A stretch of 61,795 nt of DNA, filler included. It is 4 parts of 4 records of this genome, joined end to end, with 100 filler letters (N's around TTAATTAATTAA, not from the genome) between each part and the next. Parts side by side here need not be neighbours in the genome. Positions count along the whole stretch, not along the records: positions 13,766 to 33,357 come from DRR723986_10389; positions 33,458 to 47,509 come from DRR723986_10399; 2 more parts are not named here. One strand, 5' to 3'. The position numbers were made by a program, and so were the translations under genes. The first letter of the stretch is position 1. Every line of letters begins with the position of its first letter. The notes below the pieces were generated by a model that did not search any database, was not told the DNA's origin, and was given only the letters and a program-made list of their open reading frames with translations. Shown here piece after piece: positions 28,902 through 39,170 of this stretch.

Positions 28902-29912
28902 ATGCAAACCGTACTCGTCACCGGCTCGGCCGGCTTCATCGGCTATCACCTCAGCTTGCGCCTGCTGGCCGCGGGATGGCGCGTGATTGGCCTGGATTCC
29001 CTCAACGCCTATTACGACCCCGCACTGAAGCAGCGGCGGTTGGATCAATTGACGCCGCATGACGCCTTTGTGCCCGTGCACGGCAAGCTGGAAACCCCGG
29101 GCCTGCTGATGGATCTGTTTGCCACCCACCGCCCAAATCGCGTCATACATCTGGCCGCGCAGGCTGGCGTCCGCCATTCTATTGATGCGCCTCGGGATTA
29201 CCTTGAGGCCAATCTGATGGGCACTTACGAGCTGATCGAAGCCGCCCGTGCCTATCCCCCCGAACATATGCTGCTGGCCTCAACCAGTTCCGTCTATGGC
29301 GCCAACACCCAGATGCCTTACCGCGAAACGGATAAGGTCGATACCCAGATGTCGTTTTATGCGGCCACCAAAAAGGCCAACGAGGCGATGGCACATTCCT
29401 ATGCCCACCTCTATGGGCTGCCGATCACCATGTTCCGCTTTTTCACGGTCTACGGCCCCTGGGGACGCCCCGACATGGCCTATTTCAAATTCACCCGCGC
29501 GATCCTGAATGGCGATCCCATCGACGTTTACAACAACGGCGAGATGCGGCGTGATTTCACCTATATCGACGATCTGGTCAGCGCGATTGTCGCTCTCTCT
29601 GACAGTGCTCCGGGGCAGACGCCCGTTGGTGACCATGACAGCCTCAGCCCCGTGGCCCCGTTCCGATCCGTCAATATCGGCGCCAGCCAACCTGTGGCGC
29701 TGATGGAGTTCATTCAGGCTATCGAAACCGCCGTCGGGCAGCCTGCGATCAAAAACATGATGGGCATGCAACCCGGTGATGTTCCCGCCACTTGGGCCGA
29801 AACCCAGCTGCTGCGCGATCTGACAGGGGTTTCGATGAGTACGGATGTCGAAACGGGCGTACAGCGGTTCGTCGATTGGTATCGAGAGTACTACGGAATC
29901 ACCGACGGATAG
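28902..29912 (+). CDS. UDP-glucuronate 4-epimerase-like SDR
   Basis: TGSAGFIG, HLAAQAGVR, YAATKK, RFFTVYGPWGRPDMA, QPGDV. Confidence 0.93.
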   Translation: MQTVLVTGSAGFIGYHLSLRLLAAGWRVIGLDSLNAYYDPALKQRRLDQLTPHDAFVPVHGKLETPGLLMDLFATHRPNRVIHLAAQAGVRHSIDAPRDYLEANLMGTYELIEAARAYPPEHMLLASTSSVYGANTQMPYRETDKVDTQMSFYAATKKANEAMAHSYAHLYGLPITMFRFFTVYGPWGRPDMAYFKFTRAILNGDPIDVYNNGEMRRDFTYIDDLVSAIVALSDSAPGQTPVGDHDSLSPVAPFRSVNIGASQPVALMEFIQAIETAVGQPAIKNMMGMQPGDVPATWAETQLLRDLTGVSMSTDVETGVQRFVDWYREYYGITDG

Positions 29913-29972
29913 ACAGATAGGTGCGAAACCGCGCCGGATCTGCTAATATCTGCTCGAGGTGGAAGAGGCAGC

Positions 29973-30230
29973 ATGAACAAAATCATCCTGATGCTTGTTG
30001 GCAGTTGTTGGTGCGTTGTTTTTGGCCTATCGGCTTTTTCTGCATCCATGGGCAGCATGTTGATAGCCTTGGGATTTGATGAATCCACAATGATCTACTT
30101 TAAATGGATTTTTGGGCTGGCAGTCCTTCTTGGCGCCGGCATTCCATTCGGAATCTGGGCGATAGCTCTATCCAGGTGGTACGAAAGTATGATCGACGCC
30201 TCCACGGTCTACAAAAGACGCAACGATTAA
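29973..30230 (+). CDS. Small membrane protein (two TM segments)
   Basis: GGAAGAGG RBS; two hydrophobic helices. Confidence 0.5.
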   Translation: MNKIILMLVGSCWCVVFGLSAFSASMGSMLIALGFDESTMIYFKWIFGLAVLLGAGIPFGIWAIALSRWYESMIDASTVYKRRND

Positions 30231-30447
30231 GTATATCTCAGAAACAAGGTCCTTTTGAACTCTGCGCAGCCGTTCGCTATGCAACGGCCTTCATCCTTCT
30301 GGGCCGCAAAGAAGCTCATTATGGTCTTTGAAGCGCACTTATCTGCAATGTTACCCCCGCATCACACAGGGCATTGAAACCGCGCCTCAATTTATCGATT
30401 GTGGGCGCAAGTTTCCGAGCAGGTAAAACAAAAAGGATTGAGGCAAG

Positions 30448-31752
30448 ATGCGCATTGCGATGATAGGCACCGGATATGTCGGGCTGGTCTCTGGTGTCTG
30501 CTTTTCAGATTTTGGCCATGACGTCATCTGCGTCGACAAGGCTGAGCAGAAAATCGAGATGCTACAGGCGGGTGAGGTTCCAATCTACGAACCCGGACTG
30601 GACGCGTTGATGGCCAAAAACGTGGCCGCTGGACGGTTGAGCTTTACGACCGACCTGACCGCCGCCGTAGATGGGGCCGATGCGGTGTTCATCGCCGTGG
30701 GCACGCCAACGCGGCGCGGCGATGGTCATGCAGATCTCACCTATGTCATGGCCGCCGCCAAAGAGATTGCCGAATCCATAACTGACTACACCGTGGTCGT
30801 GACCAAATCCACGGTGCCACTTGGCACCAACCGACAGGTCAAACAGACCATTCACAAAGCCAACCCAGCGGCGGAATTCGATGTGGCCTCGAACCCCGAA
30901 TTCCTGCGCGAAGGCGCGGCGATTGATGATTTCATGCACCCAGACCGCGTGGTTGTCGGCGTACAAAACGATCGAGCTGCCGAGGTTATGGCCGATATCT
31001 ACCGTCCACTTTACCTGCGCGATTTCCCGATCCTGACAACAGATCTGGAAAGCGCCGAGATGATCAAATACGCAGCCAATGCGTTTCTGGCGACCAAGAT
31101 TACCTTTATCAACGAAATTGCGGGCCTATGTGAACGGGTAGGGGCCGACGTCAAAGAAGTCTCACGCGGGATCGGCATGGATGGGCGCATTGGTAACAAG
31201 TTTCTGCATGCGGGGCCCGGTTATGGCGGGTCGTGTTTTCCAAAAGATACCGCCGCTCTAGCCCGTATTGGTCAGGACAACGCCTTCCCCATGCAAATCA
31301 CCGAAACGGTTATGCGTGTTAATGACGAGGTCAAAACCCGCATGGTGGAAAAGCTGCGCGATGCGCTGGACGGTACATTCAACGGGAAAACCGTGGCTGT
31401 ATTGGGTGTCACCTTCAAGCCCAACACAGATGATATGCGGGACGCGCCTGCGCTGACTATTGTCCCTGCTTTGATTGGGGGTGGCGCCAAGGTTCGTGTG
31501 GTCGACCCCCAAGGTTTCGCCGAAGGCGAGGCGCTTCTCCCCGGGGTGAAGTGGATGGAGGATCCCTATCACGCGGTGCGCAATGCGGATCTCGTCGTCT
31601 TACTGACGGAATGGAACGAATTCCGCGCGCTGGACCTCAAGCAGATTGCGAAAAAGATGGAAGCGCCGCGTATGGTCGATCTGCGCAATATCTATTCCGA
31701 GAAAACGGCTAAGCGGGCTGGATTTGAGCTTTATGTCGGGGTCGGGCGTTAA
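30448..31752 (+). CDS. ugd: UDP-glucose 6-dehydrogenase
   Basis: GTGYVG, AVGTP, NPEFLREG, GYGGSCFPKD, FKPNTDD.R. Confidence 0.95.
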   Translation: MRIAMIGTGYVGLVSGVCFSDFGHDVICVDKAEQKIEMLQAGEVPIYEPGLDALMAKNVAAGRLSFTTDLTAAVDGADAVFIAVGTPTRRGDGHADLTYVMAAAKEIAESITDYTVVVTKSTVPLGTNRQVKQTIHKANPAAEFDVASNPEFLREGAAIDDFMHPDRVVVGVQNDRAAEVMADIYRPLYLRDFPILTTDLESAEMIKYAANAFLATKITFINEIAGLCERVGADVKEVSRGIGMDGRIGNKFLHAGPGYGGSCFPKDTAALARIGQDNAFPMQITETVMRVNDEVKTRMVEKLRDALDGTFNGKTVAVLGVTFKPNTDDMRDAPALTIVPALIGGGAKVRVVDPQGFAEGEALLPGVKWMEDPYHAVRNADLVVLLTEWNEFRALDLKQIAKKMEAPRMVDLRNIYSEKTAKRAGFELYVGVGR

Positions 31753-31779
31753 CGCCTCAGTACACAGCTTCCCCTATTT

Positions 31780-31820
31780 TCTGCGCGCGCGGAACACAGT
31801 GAGTGTTTCGCGCGCGAAAC
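31780..31820. repeat. parS-like palindrome pair
   Basis: Perfect GTTTCGCGCGCGAAAC (31805-31820) and a 12/16 copy TCTGCGCGCGCGGAAC (31780-31795), immediately downstream of parB. Confidence 0.6.
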
Positions 31821-31834
31821 GTTTCTAAGGGGTA

Positions 31835-32905
31835 CTATTGATTGCGCAGCCAGTCCTGAAGCGCCTCTGCCAAAGCATCGCTGATCCCCTCACCAACCAG
31901 CTCAATGCGACCCTGATCCGGAGTAAATCGCATTTCAATGCCCGTTGTCACACGGGTCACAATCCGCTCGCCGGCGGCTGGACCTGAGGTGGTCGATCGC
32001 ACGCGCGGACGCGCAGGTGGTTCCGGATCCGCAGGCAGGGCAGGGGTCAGCCGCTCAGACAATGTCTCCGACAAGATACGCATTTCTGTGGCGGCACTGT
32101 CCCGCGGCATATCCTGAAGCCGCTTTTTCAGCAGGTCTTCAAACCCAGGATCACGGATCAGCTCCCGCACCAAAGACAGCCCCAGTTTTTCACTGATCGC
32201 CGAAGGAAACCACAGCGTTGCATCAAAGGCGTCAACCAACGCGATAAAGGACCCAATTTTGGACCGCTTAGAGCGGGTCGCATTGCCAAACAACCCTTGC
32301 AGAGCTGCCCTCTGCGAGGGATAGACCCCTTCCTTCATGGCGCGCACCGCAATGCGGGCCCGTTCATAATGGGACAGGTTCACCCGAATTTCGTTTTCTT
32401 CGACCATCGCGACATAGGCGTCTTGGGCGGTATCAGGTGTAATCACCATCGCGCGGACCTGGGCAAATTTAGAGTCTAAAGTCTCCTTATAGAGCCTACG
32501 CAGTGCCGTCAGCCGTCGCCAGCCAGAAATCAAACCATGGGTTCGCCCCCCTGCAGGATCAGACAACAGAACCACCTCAATGGGCATCTGCTGGCCGCGT
32601 GCGCGCAAAGAATCCACCAACGCCGTCATCTCTTCTTCGTTCTGTTCCAGACGATCCCGAACCAGATGACGATCATCGATGGCATCAAGATCCAACAGTT
32701 CAATCATCCGACCCTCGGCGCGCGCCGCCCGCAAGGCGGCGCTGACTTCTTCCAAAGCCGCCGTTGCTGAGGCTTCGCCAGCAACCTGTGCAATTGGCGC
32801 GCTCATTCCCACGGGCATGGATTTGGTTTCAGGTGCGCGTTCGCCCTCAGCAACCCCTCCGAGAAATCCGGGTTGTGCTGGGGTCAACCTTTTGCGTTTT
32901 GCCAT
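31835..32905 (-). CDS. parB: ParB-like partitioning protein (Rhodobacteraceae plasmid type)
   Basis: RDR, SLRARGQQMPIEV, LISGWRRL.A, MVEENEIR..LS.YER. Confidence 0.9.
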   Translation of the reverse strand: MAKRKRLTPAQPGFLGGVAEGERAPETKSMPVGMSAPIAQVAGEASATAALEEVSAALRAARAEGRMIELLDLDAIDDRHLVRDRLEQNEEEMTALVDSLRARGQQMPIEVVLLSDPAGGRTHGLISGWRRLTALRRLYKETLDSKFAQVRAMVITPDTAQDAYVAMVEENEIRVNLSHYERARIAVRAMKEGVYPSQRAALQGLFGNATRSKRSKIGSFIALVDAFDATLWFPSAISEKLGLSLVRELIRDPGFEDLLKKRLQDMPRDSAATEMRILSETLSERLTPALPADPEPPARPRVRSTTSGPAAGERIVTRVTTGIEMRFTPDQGRIELVGEGISDALAEALQDWLRNQ

Positions 32906-32946
32906 ATTCGATCCTCCGAATTGCCCTGTTTAGGGTCTGTTATTCT

Positions 32947-33357
32947 CTATTCAGCCGCCTGCTGCATTTCCAATTCACCGCGCCGCCAGATGCCCAAAAG
33001 CAAACGCTTGAAGGCGGCATAGGTTGCATCGAATGTTTCGCGACCACGCGCATAGGTTTCTCGGTTAAAATCGCGGTAATCCGCTTCGTAAATTCCGTTG
33101 ACCTGTTCGCCTGCTTGACCAATCAACGCAGTGAAATCTTGCCGATGCGGAGACAGTGTTTTACCTAAATAGGCCTGCATTAGACCCGATAATTCACCCT
33201 GCTGGGCTCCATCGTAACGGGTAATAACTGCGCGGACAGCATCCCATTCAAAGCCCATTTCAGGACGCCCCAATGCGCGGGCTGCAACGTTTTCTCCATC
33301 TTCGATACTGGCGAAGGTAGAATGCAACATGTCAAAGAACCGGCCCGTTGAATCAAA
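32947..33357 (-). CDS. parA: ParA-family ATPase, C-terminal part (5' truncated)
   Basis: DSTGRFFDML, VITRYD, IYEADYRDFNRETY.RGRE.FD; directly upstream of parB. Confidence 0.8.
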   Translation of the reverse strand, partial: FDSTGRFFDMLHSTFASIEDGENVAARALGRPEMGFEWDAVRAVITRYDGAQQGELSGLMQAYLGKTLSPHRQDFTALIGQAGEQVNGIYEADYRDFNRETYARGRETFDATYAAFKRLLLGIWRRGELEMQQAAE

Positions 33358-33457
33358 NNNNNNNNNNNNNNNNNNNNNNNNNNNNNNNNNNNNNNNNNNN
33401 NTTAATTAATTAANNNNNNNNNNNNNNNNNNNNNNNNNNNNNNNNNNNNNNNNNNNN
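33358..33457. other. Artificial contig spacer
   Basis: N-run, TTAATTAATTAA, N-run. Confidence 0.98.
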
Positions 33458-33504
33458 TGTGAGCCCTTAGGGCTGTGAGCCGTAAATACACGGGGCTCAC
33501 GGCC
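33458..33504. repeat. REP-like palindromic element at contig start
   Basis: TAGGGCTGTGAGCCG (33468-33482); hairpin GGCTGTGAGCC...GGCTCACGGCC; inverted copy at 47495-47509. Confidence 0.65.
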
Positions 33505-33762
33505 GTTCAGTCGATGAGAGTTTGTGGTTTGTGGACTATAGGCAGATTGGACGCTGGGAAATGCCACCAGGCATTGGGGATGCTGATTCGGTGCAAAACA
33601 AAAAACTCAAAAAGAGGGCGAAAGCGCTTGGTGCCGCCCGCTCATAACTCGCCCAAAAATGCATGAACTTGAGCTTGATTCTGCGCGCAATTGGTGAGAG
33701 GCCAATCGGTATTGCACGTTGGCAAATCAGATATCAGAGCGTAAAATGCGTAAGTTGTGGCA

Positions 33763-34221
33763 ATGCAAACCTTCAATCCCAAACCACAATGGCTATTCCG
33801 ACAGTCGGCGGTAATTCCGTGGCGCATACACGCATCCAAAATTCAGGTGCTGTTGATCACAACGCGAAGCCAAAAACGCTGGACGGTACCAAAAGGTGTC
33901 CTTGAGTTTGGCTACACAGCCTGGGATTCGGCCATGAAAGAAGCGCGCGAGGAAGCCGGCGTACGAGGCAAAGTCAATCGCCGACGCATTGGTGAATATC
34001 AATACAAAAAGTGGGGCGGAATTTGCCACGTTGACGTCTATCTGATGGAAGTCGAGGAAGAATTTGACGAATGGCCGGAGATGGATTCGCGGCGGCGCAA
34101 GTGGTTCTCAGTCAAAAAAAGCAGCAAAAAGGTCAAACACAAAGGTCTGATTCCGCTGCTGGAACAAGTGCCGCAGCTATTACTGGAACAGCCTGCAGAA
34201 CCGCCCCTAAATTTCTCCTAA
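33763..34221 (+). CDS. Nudix hydrolase (DIPP/Nudt3-like)
   Basis: QSAVIP, VLLIT.R...RW.VPKG, A.KEAREEAGV Nudix box, WPE...R.R.W. Confidence 0.88.
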   Translation: MQTFNPKPQWLFRQSAVIPWRIHASKIQVLLITTRSQKRWTVPKGVLEFGYTAWDSAMKEAREEAGVRGKVNRRRIGEYQYKKWGGICHVDVYLMEVEEEFDEWPEMDSRRRKWFSVKKSSKKVKHKGLIPLLEQVPQLLLEQPAEPPLNFS

Positions 34222-34240
34222 ACCAATACACATCAGTGTC

Positions 34241-34984
34241 TTAAAAGATTTCGTATGATTGCAGGTTGTAGCTCCAGTTGGCTATTATCTGCGTGTCCTC
34301 AAACACCACACGCCGCATTTGCACAATGCCGACGCCTTTGCTGACCATGCGCATAACACGAGCCGTAATCTGCCCTTCGGCATTGCGATAAATACAGTCA
34401 AAACGCAGGACTTCAAACTCGCCGATTTCCGTTCTGAGAATTTGGCTGACCGGTTCGATCGTGACTTCGAGAGTTGTGCCGCCATCCATGCGTGCCGGAC
34501 CAGCTTGCAGTGCACCTTCACCAGGTGAAAGTGGTACAATCGCTACGTAATTGCGCGGATCTCCAATTTCCGAAGCCGGACGTGCGCCGATTGCCATGCC
34601 GCGACCGAATTGATTATCCATGTAACAGATATCAAGGCCCAGCTCCGCATCTGTATCCATGAAGGCGTAGGTGGTGTTGGTGCCCGCCGCCAGGTATTCC
34701 TCTTCGGTCTCCCCCCAGAGCAGTACGCGGTCGGCCATGGCTCCACCGTGATTAAGGAACTGACGGTACTCACCTACGGCACCGCTGACCTCCTCACGTG
34801 CAGAGTAGACCCATTGATTGCCCTGTGCGAGCGGAATCCACAGATTGTTCCACGTGCGCTGCGCCTGGCTGCGAACTGCCGACGGCGCATCGCTACAGCC
34901 GAAATTCATTCCCGAAATCAGCACTAGAAACGTTAAACCAGACAGCGAACTGCGGAAGCTTAAGCCGTGTATTTTTAGAGACAT
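34241..34984 (-). CDS. Hypothetical secreted protein or lipoprotein
   Basis: Hydrophobic leader ending FGC; PLAQGNQWVY and SKGVGIV motifs typical of beta-rich FCB lipoproteins. Confidence 0.65.
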   Translation of the reverse strand: MSLKIHGLSFRSSLSGLTFLVLISGMNFGCSDAPSAVRSQAQRTWNNLWIPLAQGNQWVYSAREEVSGAVGEYRQFLNHGGAMADRVLLWGETEEEYLAAGTNTTYAFMDTDAELGLDICYMDNQFGRGMAIGARPASEIGDPRNYVAIVPLSPGEGALQAGPARMDGGTTLEVTIEPVSQILRTEIGEFEVLRFDCIYRNAEGQITARVMRMVSKGVGIVQMRRVVFEDTQIIANWSYNLQSYEIF

Positions 34985-35015
34985 AGGTGATTCCATAAGT
35001 CAGATGCTGAGACAT

Positions 35016-36131
35016 TTATGCAGCTGAATGTTCGACTTCTGCCAATTCCTTGATTTTGGCAACCGTACTGCGCGCAGTGCGCCCAACTCCCACGAGTGTT
35101 GCCGAGGCGAACCCCGTCCAGGAGCCGTAGCCGAGTAAAAACAAACGCGGCTCTCCCAGAGCTTGATTGTCGTTCACAGCTAATCGTCCCGAATGCTCCA
35201 AACCGATATCGCCCTCTGCTGATTCTTTGAGTTGCTGTTTTAAGCTATCCAAATGTTGCAGATCGGCACTGAAACCGGTACACCAAATGATAACGTCAAA
35301 CTTGAGTTCGCTACCGTCGGCCCAGCGCATACCTTCGGCAAAAAGTTCAGAAGGCGGTGGCAGTGGCTGATCAAAAGCGCCACGCGCACGTGCTTCGGCA
35401 ACGGGAGGCACAACAACTACATCACCAAGAGAAGCCGGCGAAACTTGAAATTTTTCGCCGCGATATTTGGCGCTGGCGATATCGAAGATCGCACGTCCAT
35501 CTAGTTCGTCCGGCAAAAACTGCGGCGGACGTTCTGTGATCCAGCGGCAGTTGGCAAGTTCTGAGACTTCCGCTAAAATTTGTGCACCGGAATTGCCACC
35601 GCCGACGACGGCTACGCGTTTTCCCGCAAAATCACCTGCCGTGCGATAATTGGCCGAATGTAATTGCACACCGCCAAACTGCTCGCGTCCAGGAATTTCG
35701 GGGATCTTGGGGCTTCCCCAGCTACCCGTGGCGCTAATGACAAATCGAGCCAAATAGCTGCCTTTGTCGGTTTGGACGCGCAAGTAATCTTTTTCCGCGA
35801 GCACAGATTCGACTTTAACGGGGCGCTCCACCGGCAATTTGTACTGCGATTCGTAATTGGCCAGGTAACTAATAACTTCGTTGCGATGCGGATAATAGTC
35901 CGGGCCACCGTCCATAAGTTTGCCGGGCAATGAAGACCAGCGCGCCGGTGAAAACAGACGCAGGCTGTCCCAGGTGTGTCCCCATGCTCCGCCGGGACCG
36001 GCAGCGGAATCCAGGATGCGATAGCGCAGTTTAGTGCGTCGCAGGAAATATCCGGCGGCCAGTCCGGCCTGGCCGCCACCAATCACAATTACATCCAGGG
36101 GCTGTGCGTCAACAGCGGCACCAACCAACAT
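35016..36131 (-). CDS. ArsO-like flavin-dependent monooxygenase
   Basis: GGGQAG, WDSLRLFSP, LHSANY, GGGNSGAQI, GYG.WTG.ASATL.GV. Confidence 0.88.
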   Translation of the reverse strand: MLVGAAVDAQPLDVIVIGGGQAGLAAGYFLRRTKLRYRILDSAAGPGGAWGHTWDSLRLFSPARWSSLPGKLMDGGPDYYPHRNEVISYLANYESQYKLPVERPVKVESVLAEKDYLRVQTDKGSYLARFVISATGSWGSPKIPEIPGREQFGGVQLHSANYRTAGDFAGKRVAVVGGGNSGAQILAEVSELANCRWITERPPQFLPDELDGRAIFDIASAKYRGEKFQVSPASLGDVVVVPPVAEARARGAFDQPLPPPSELFAEGMRWADGSELKFDVIIWCTGFSADLQHLDSLKQQLKESAEGDIGLEHSGRLAVNDNQALGEPRLFLLGYGSWTGFASATLVGVGRTARSTVAKIKELAEVEHSAA

Positions 36132-36307
36132 GTAGCATTCCTTGCTTTATCACTCAATCGAAGTGTACAAATATACGCTAACGGACGCGAACAGACAGGC
36201 AAATCGCACTGGATGTTTCATGTCCGCAGCGCTGCTGTGAGCTACCATCGTAGTTCGGTTGGCTGCGCCGGGCGTGCGTGTTTAAACTCTTAAGAGGAAT
36301 TGGCTCC

Positions 36308-36781
36308 ATGCCCAAAATGTATCAACTGGAAACGCGCCAGCTCCTGGCCACAAGTATCGAAGAGGCCTGGGAGTTTTTCCAGTCACCTGGAAATCTACGA
36401 GCAATTACTCCTGAGTTTCTGGATTTCACGATCGTCTCTGACGTTCCCAAAGACATGTATCCGGGCTTGATAATCGAATATCGCGTGCGGCCTGTGGCTG
36501 GAATTCGCAGCCGCTGGGTGACGGAAATCACGCATGTGCGTGCACCGCACTTTTTTGTGGATGAGCAGCGCCTGGGGCCATACCGCATGTGGCATCACGA
36601 ACATTTTTTCCGCGAAGTCCCCGGCGGCGTAGAAGCGATTGATCGCATCAGTTATGCCCTGCCGTTTGGAATCCTGGGAAGCCTGGCACACAGCCTGTTT
36701 GTGCGTCGCCAGCTGGAAGGTATCTTCTCACACCGTCGCGAGATTCTGGCGCGCCGCTTTGGTGAGTTGGAGCCGGCATAA
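36308..36781 (+). CDS. SRPBCC family protein
   Basis: AWEFF.SP.NL..ITP, WVTEIT, FVDEQR.GPY..WHH.H.F. Confidence 0.9.
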   Translation: MPKMYQLETRQLLATSIEEAWEFFQSPGNLRAITPEFLDFTIVSDVPKDMYPGLIIEYRVRPVAGIRSRWVTEITHVRAPHFFVDEQRLGPYRMWHHEHFFREVPGGVEAIDRISYALPFGILGSLAHSLFVRRQLEGIFSHRREILARRFGELEPA

Positions 36782-36870
36782 CAACTTCTGAGGGTACCAG
36801 CCTGGAGTAAGGGAGAGAGAAGCATTAGTTAACGTGCGTGCATTTTTGTGTGCTGCCGGAAGGGCCAATT

Positions 36871-38928
36871 TTAGCGACTGACCTGCAGCAGTAATTCGGC
36901 TTGATAATCGGCGGCATTGATTCGAACAATGTATTGGCCGCTGTTAAGCTCAGAGACGTCGAGTTGAAATTGCGCATGTGGTCCGGCCAGCTGCGTTGAG
37001 AACAAGGTCAAACCGCGCAGATCAATCACGTCGATACGCGCATCATTCACACTGCGACCAAAATGCAGTTTGGCAACTGTGTTAGCCGGCTGAGGATTGA
37101 CGCTCAGGTGCTCGGACTCGTCGTTGGCAGACTTCACGTCCGTAACAGCAGAAATTGCGCGCCAGATGCCGTCATTGTCCGTAGCGGCATAAATGCGGCC
37201 GTTGCGATCGTAGGTTATGGCACTTGCTGTGCGGCCGCCGAGTCCTTCTCCAATATTTTCCCACTCCGTTTCACCGGCATTGCGCTGATACAGGCCATCG
37301 GGCTGATCATCCAGATAAAAGAGTGTACCGTTAAATCCGGGCTGTACATCCAGAATTTGGACGCCGTCGGTAACTTTGGTTTCAACCGTCCAGTTTTCGC
37401 CCAGATCATCCGAACTAATCACAGCATCGGCAAACGCGACTACAATGACGTCATTTGTAGCCAGAATAAAGTCTACAACTTCTGAGTTTTGGTATTCAAC
37501 CGGATAAGAGCGCTGCGCCCAGGTGTCGCCAAAATCATCTGAAACCCACAGCTGATTGGATTGATCCACGACCAGGATTTCTGAGTTGGCGGTTCCTATG
37601 ATGTGCCGTCCCTGCTGATCAAAACTGATATCGGCCCAGTCTTCCGGATTACCGGCGCTGCGCACAATTCCACTTTCAAAGATGGCAAGCACGGCACCAT
37701 CCAGCGCGGCATACACGTCTACAACGCGGCCGCGGTTCTCCGGTCCGGCCAGTTGAAAGAACAAACCATTGTTATCGCTCTGAAAAATAGATTCGGCTTC
37801 TGTGCCTACCCAGAAAGCAAAGTTGCGCCCCAGAGACAGCGATGTGATACCCTGGGAGATATTGCGCTGGATGCGCCAGTTAGCTGAAAACGGCGTCAAA
37901 CTTACGAGTGAGTTTCCATCGTGAACCGCCAGATCCGAACGTGGACCGGCGATCATTTCGCGAATCTGCATAAACGGCAGGCCACCGTTGGCGGGAAACC
38001 AATCGATACCGTTAAATGAACGCGAGACACCTTCCTGAAAACTGGCTACCAAATTTTGGCCGTTGGACAGCAGTGCGATTCCTCGCACCCCGTCACTGCG
38101 GTAGCGTGTAGTCTCCCAGTTTACGCCGTTATCGGGACTCAAATGCACACCAAAGCTGCCTGAGTAGAAAATACTGTCACCACGCGCAGCGATTGCAACG
38201 GCATTCCGAAATCTGAGCCCCTCCACCTGGCTCCAAGTCTCGCCATTATCTTCCGAGCTGAATACGTCGTCAAAAATCGCGGCGAAAATGGTCCCACTAG
38301 CGGATTCACACAATTCCCATACCCAGGCGTTCGGCAAGCCCGACGGTGTCCAGGCAGTAGCATCGGCTGCACGGCGATACATTGGTGTTGCCTGCCCCGT
38401 TCCGGCCAAAAGGTCGCCATTTTCACGAATCAACATGCTGGTGACGGTCGTGCCTACAAGGCCAAAGTTTTCCCAGCTCTCGCCATTATCTTCCGAGCGC
38501 CACAAACCGTTGACCGTTCCTGCGTAGATGAATTCGTCATCCGATGCAAATGTTGCAATCTGGTCATTGGCACTCGAAATTTGGTCTAACTCACTCCAGG
38601 TTTTACCACTGTCCAGTGAGCGATACAGTTCATTTGAAAATGTTGCTGCTACTACAACGGCAGGGTTAACAGCGTGGATCAGCAGAAAACGCTGATCCTC
38701 AAGTCCTACGCTGTTCCAGCTAAGACCGAAGTCAGTGGACCGATAGATGCCACGTTCGCCGGCTACAAGGGCCGTTCCTTCGGATGAACTTGTGATATCC
38801 CACATGCGTGCATCGTATGGCCCGTTGAGAGTTATCCATGTAATTGAATGGGAGTCCAAAGGCCAGATAGTCAAAGCCGCAAGTGTGATAACCAGGATTT
38901 TCAGTCTACTATGCATGTCTATATCCAA
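36871..38928 (-). CDS. Secreted BNR/Asp-box beta-propeller protein with T9SS type A-like C-terminal domain
   Basis: Repeated SxDxGxxW boxes; C-terminal NPQPA...IDLRG...LDVSELNSGQYIVRI. Confidence 0.85.
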   Translation of the reverse strand: MDIDMHSRLKILVITLAALTIWPLDSHSITWITLNGPYDARMWDITSSSEGTALVAGERGIYRSTDFGLSWNSVGLEDQRFLLIHAVNPAVVVAATFSNELYRSLDSGKTWSELDQISSANDQIATFASDDEFIYAGTVNGLWRSEDNGESWENFGLVGTTVTSMLIRENGDLLAGTGQATPMYRRAADATAWTPSGLPNAWVWELCESASGTIFAAIFDDVFSSEDNGETWSQVEGLRFRNAVAIAARGDSIFYSGSFGVHLSPDNGVNWETTRYRSDGVRGIALLSNGQNLVASFQEGVSRSFNGIDWFPANGGLPFMQIREMIAGPRSDLAVHDGNSLVSLTPFSANWRIQRNISQGITSLSLGRNFAFWVGTEAESIFQSDNNGLFFQLAGPENRGRVVDVYAALDGAVLAIFESGIVRSAGNPEDWADISFDQQGRHIIGTANSEILVVDQSNQLWVSDDFGDTWAQRSYPVEYQNSEVVDFILATNDVIVVAFADAVISSDDLGENWTVETKVTDGVQILDVQPGFNGTLFYLDDQPDGLYQRNAGETEWENIGEGLGGRTASAITYDRNGRIYAATDNDGIWRAISAVTDVKSANDESEHLSVNPQPANTVAKLHFGRSVNDARIDVIDLRGLTLFSTQLAGPHAQFQLDVSELNSGQYIVRINAADYQAELLLQVSR

Positions 38929-39170
38929 ATTCAGGATTTTCTGTTAGCAAGAGCGTCGGAGGAATCAAGTGTGTCTGGAACAGTATCAATGACGGAATAT
39001 ACACAAACTGTGTCACGCCGGCCGCACTGTTTTGTTCGAAAGTACGCTAAAGACTAGCCGGCGCAGCGCACGGCTCTCTGAATCGTATGTTCTGGGAAAC
39101 ACATGATTTATGGCGCGGTTGCAATTTAATCACTGAGCTCCAGTGCTGCGAGCAAGAGAATTGGGTTTTA

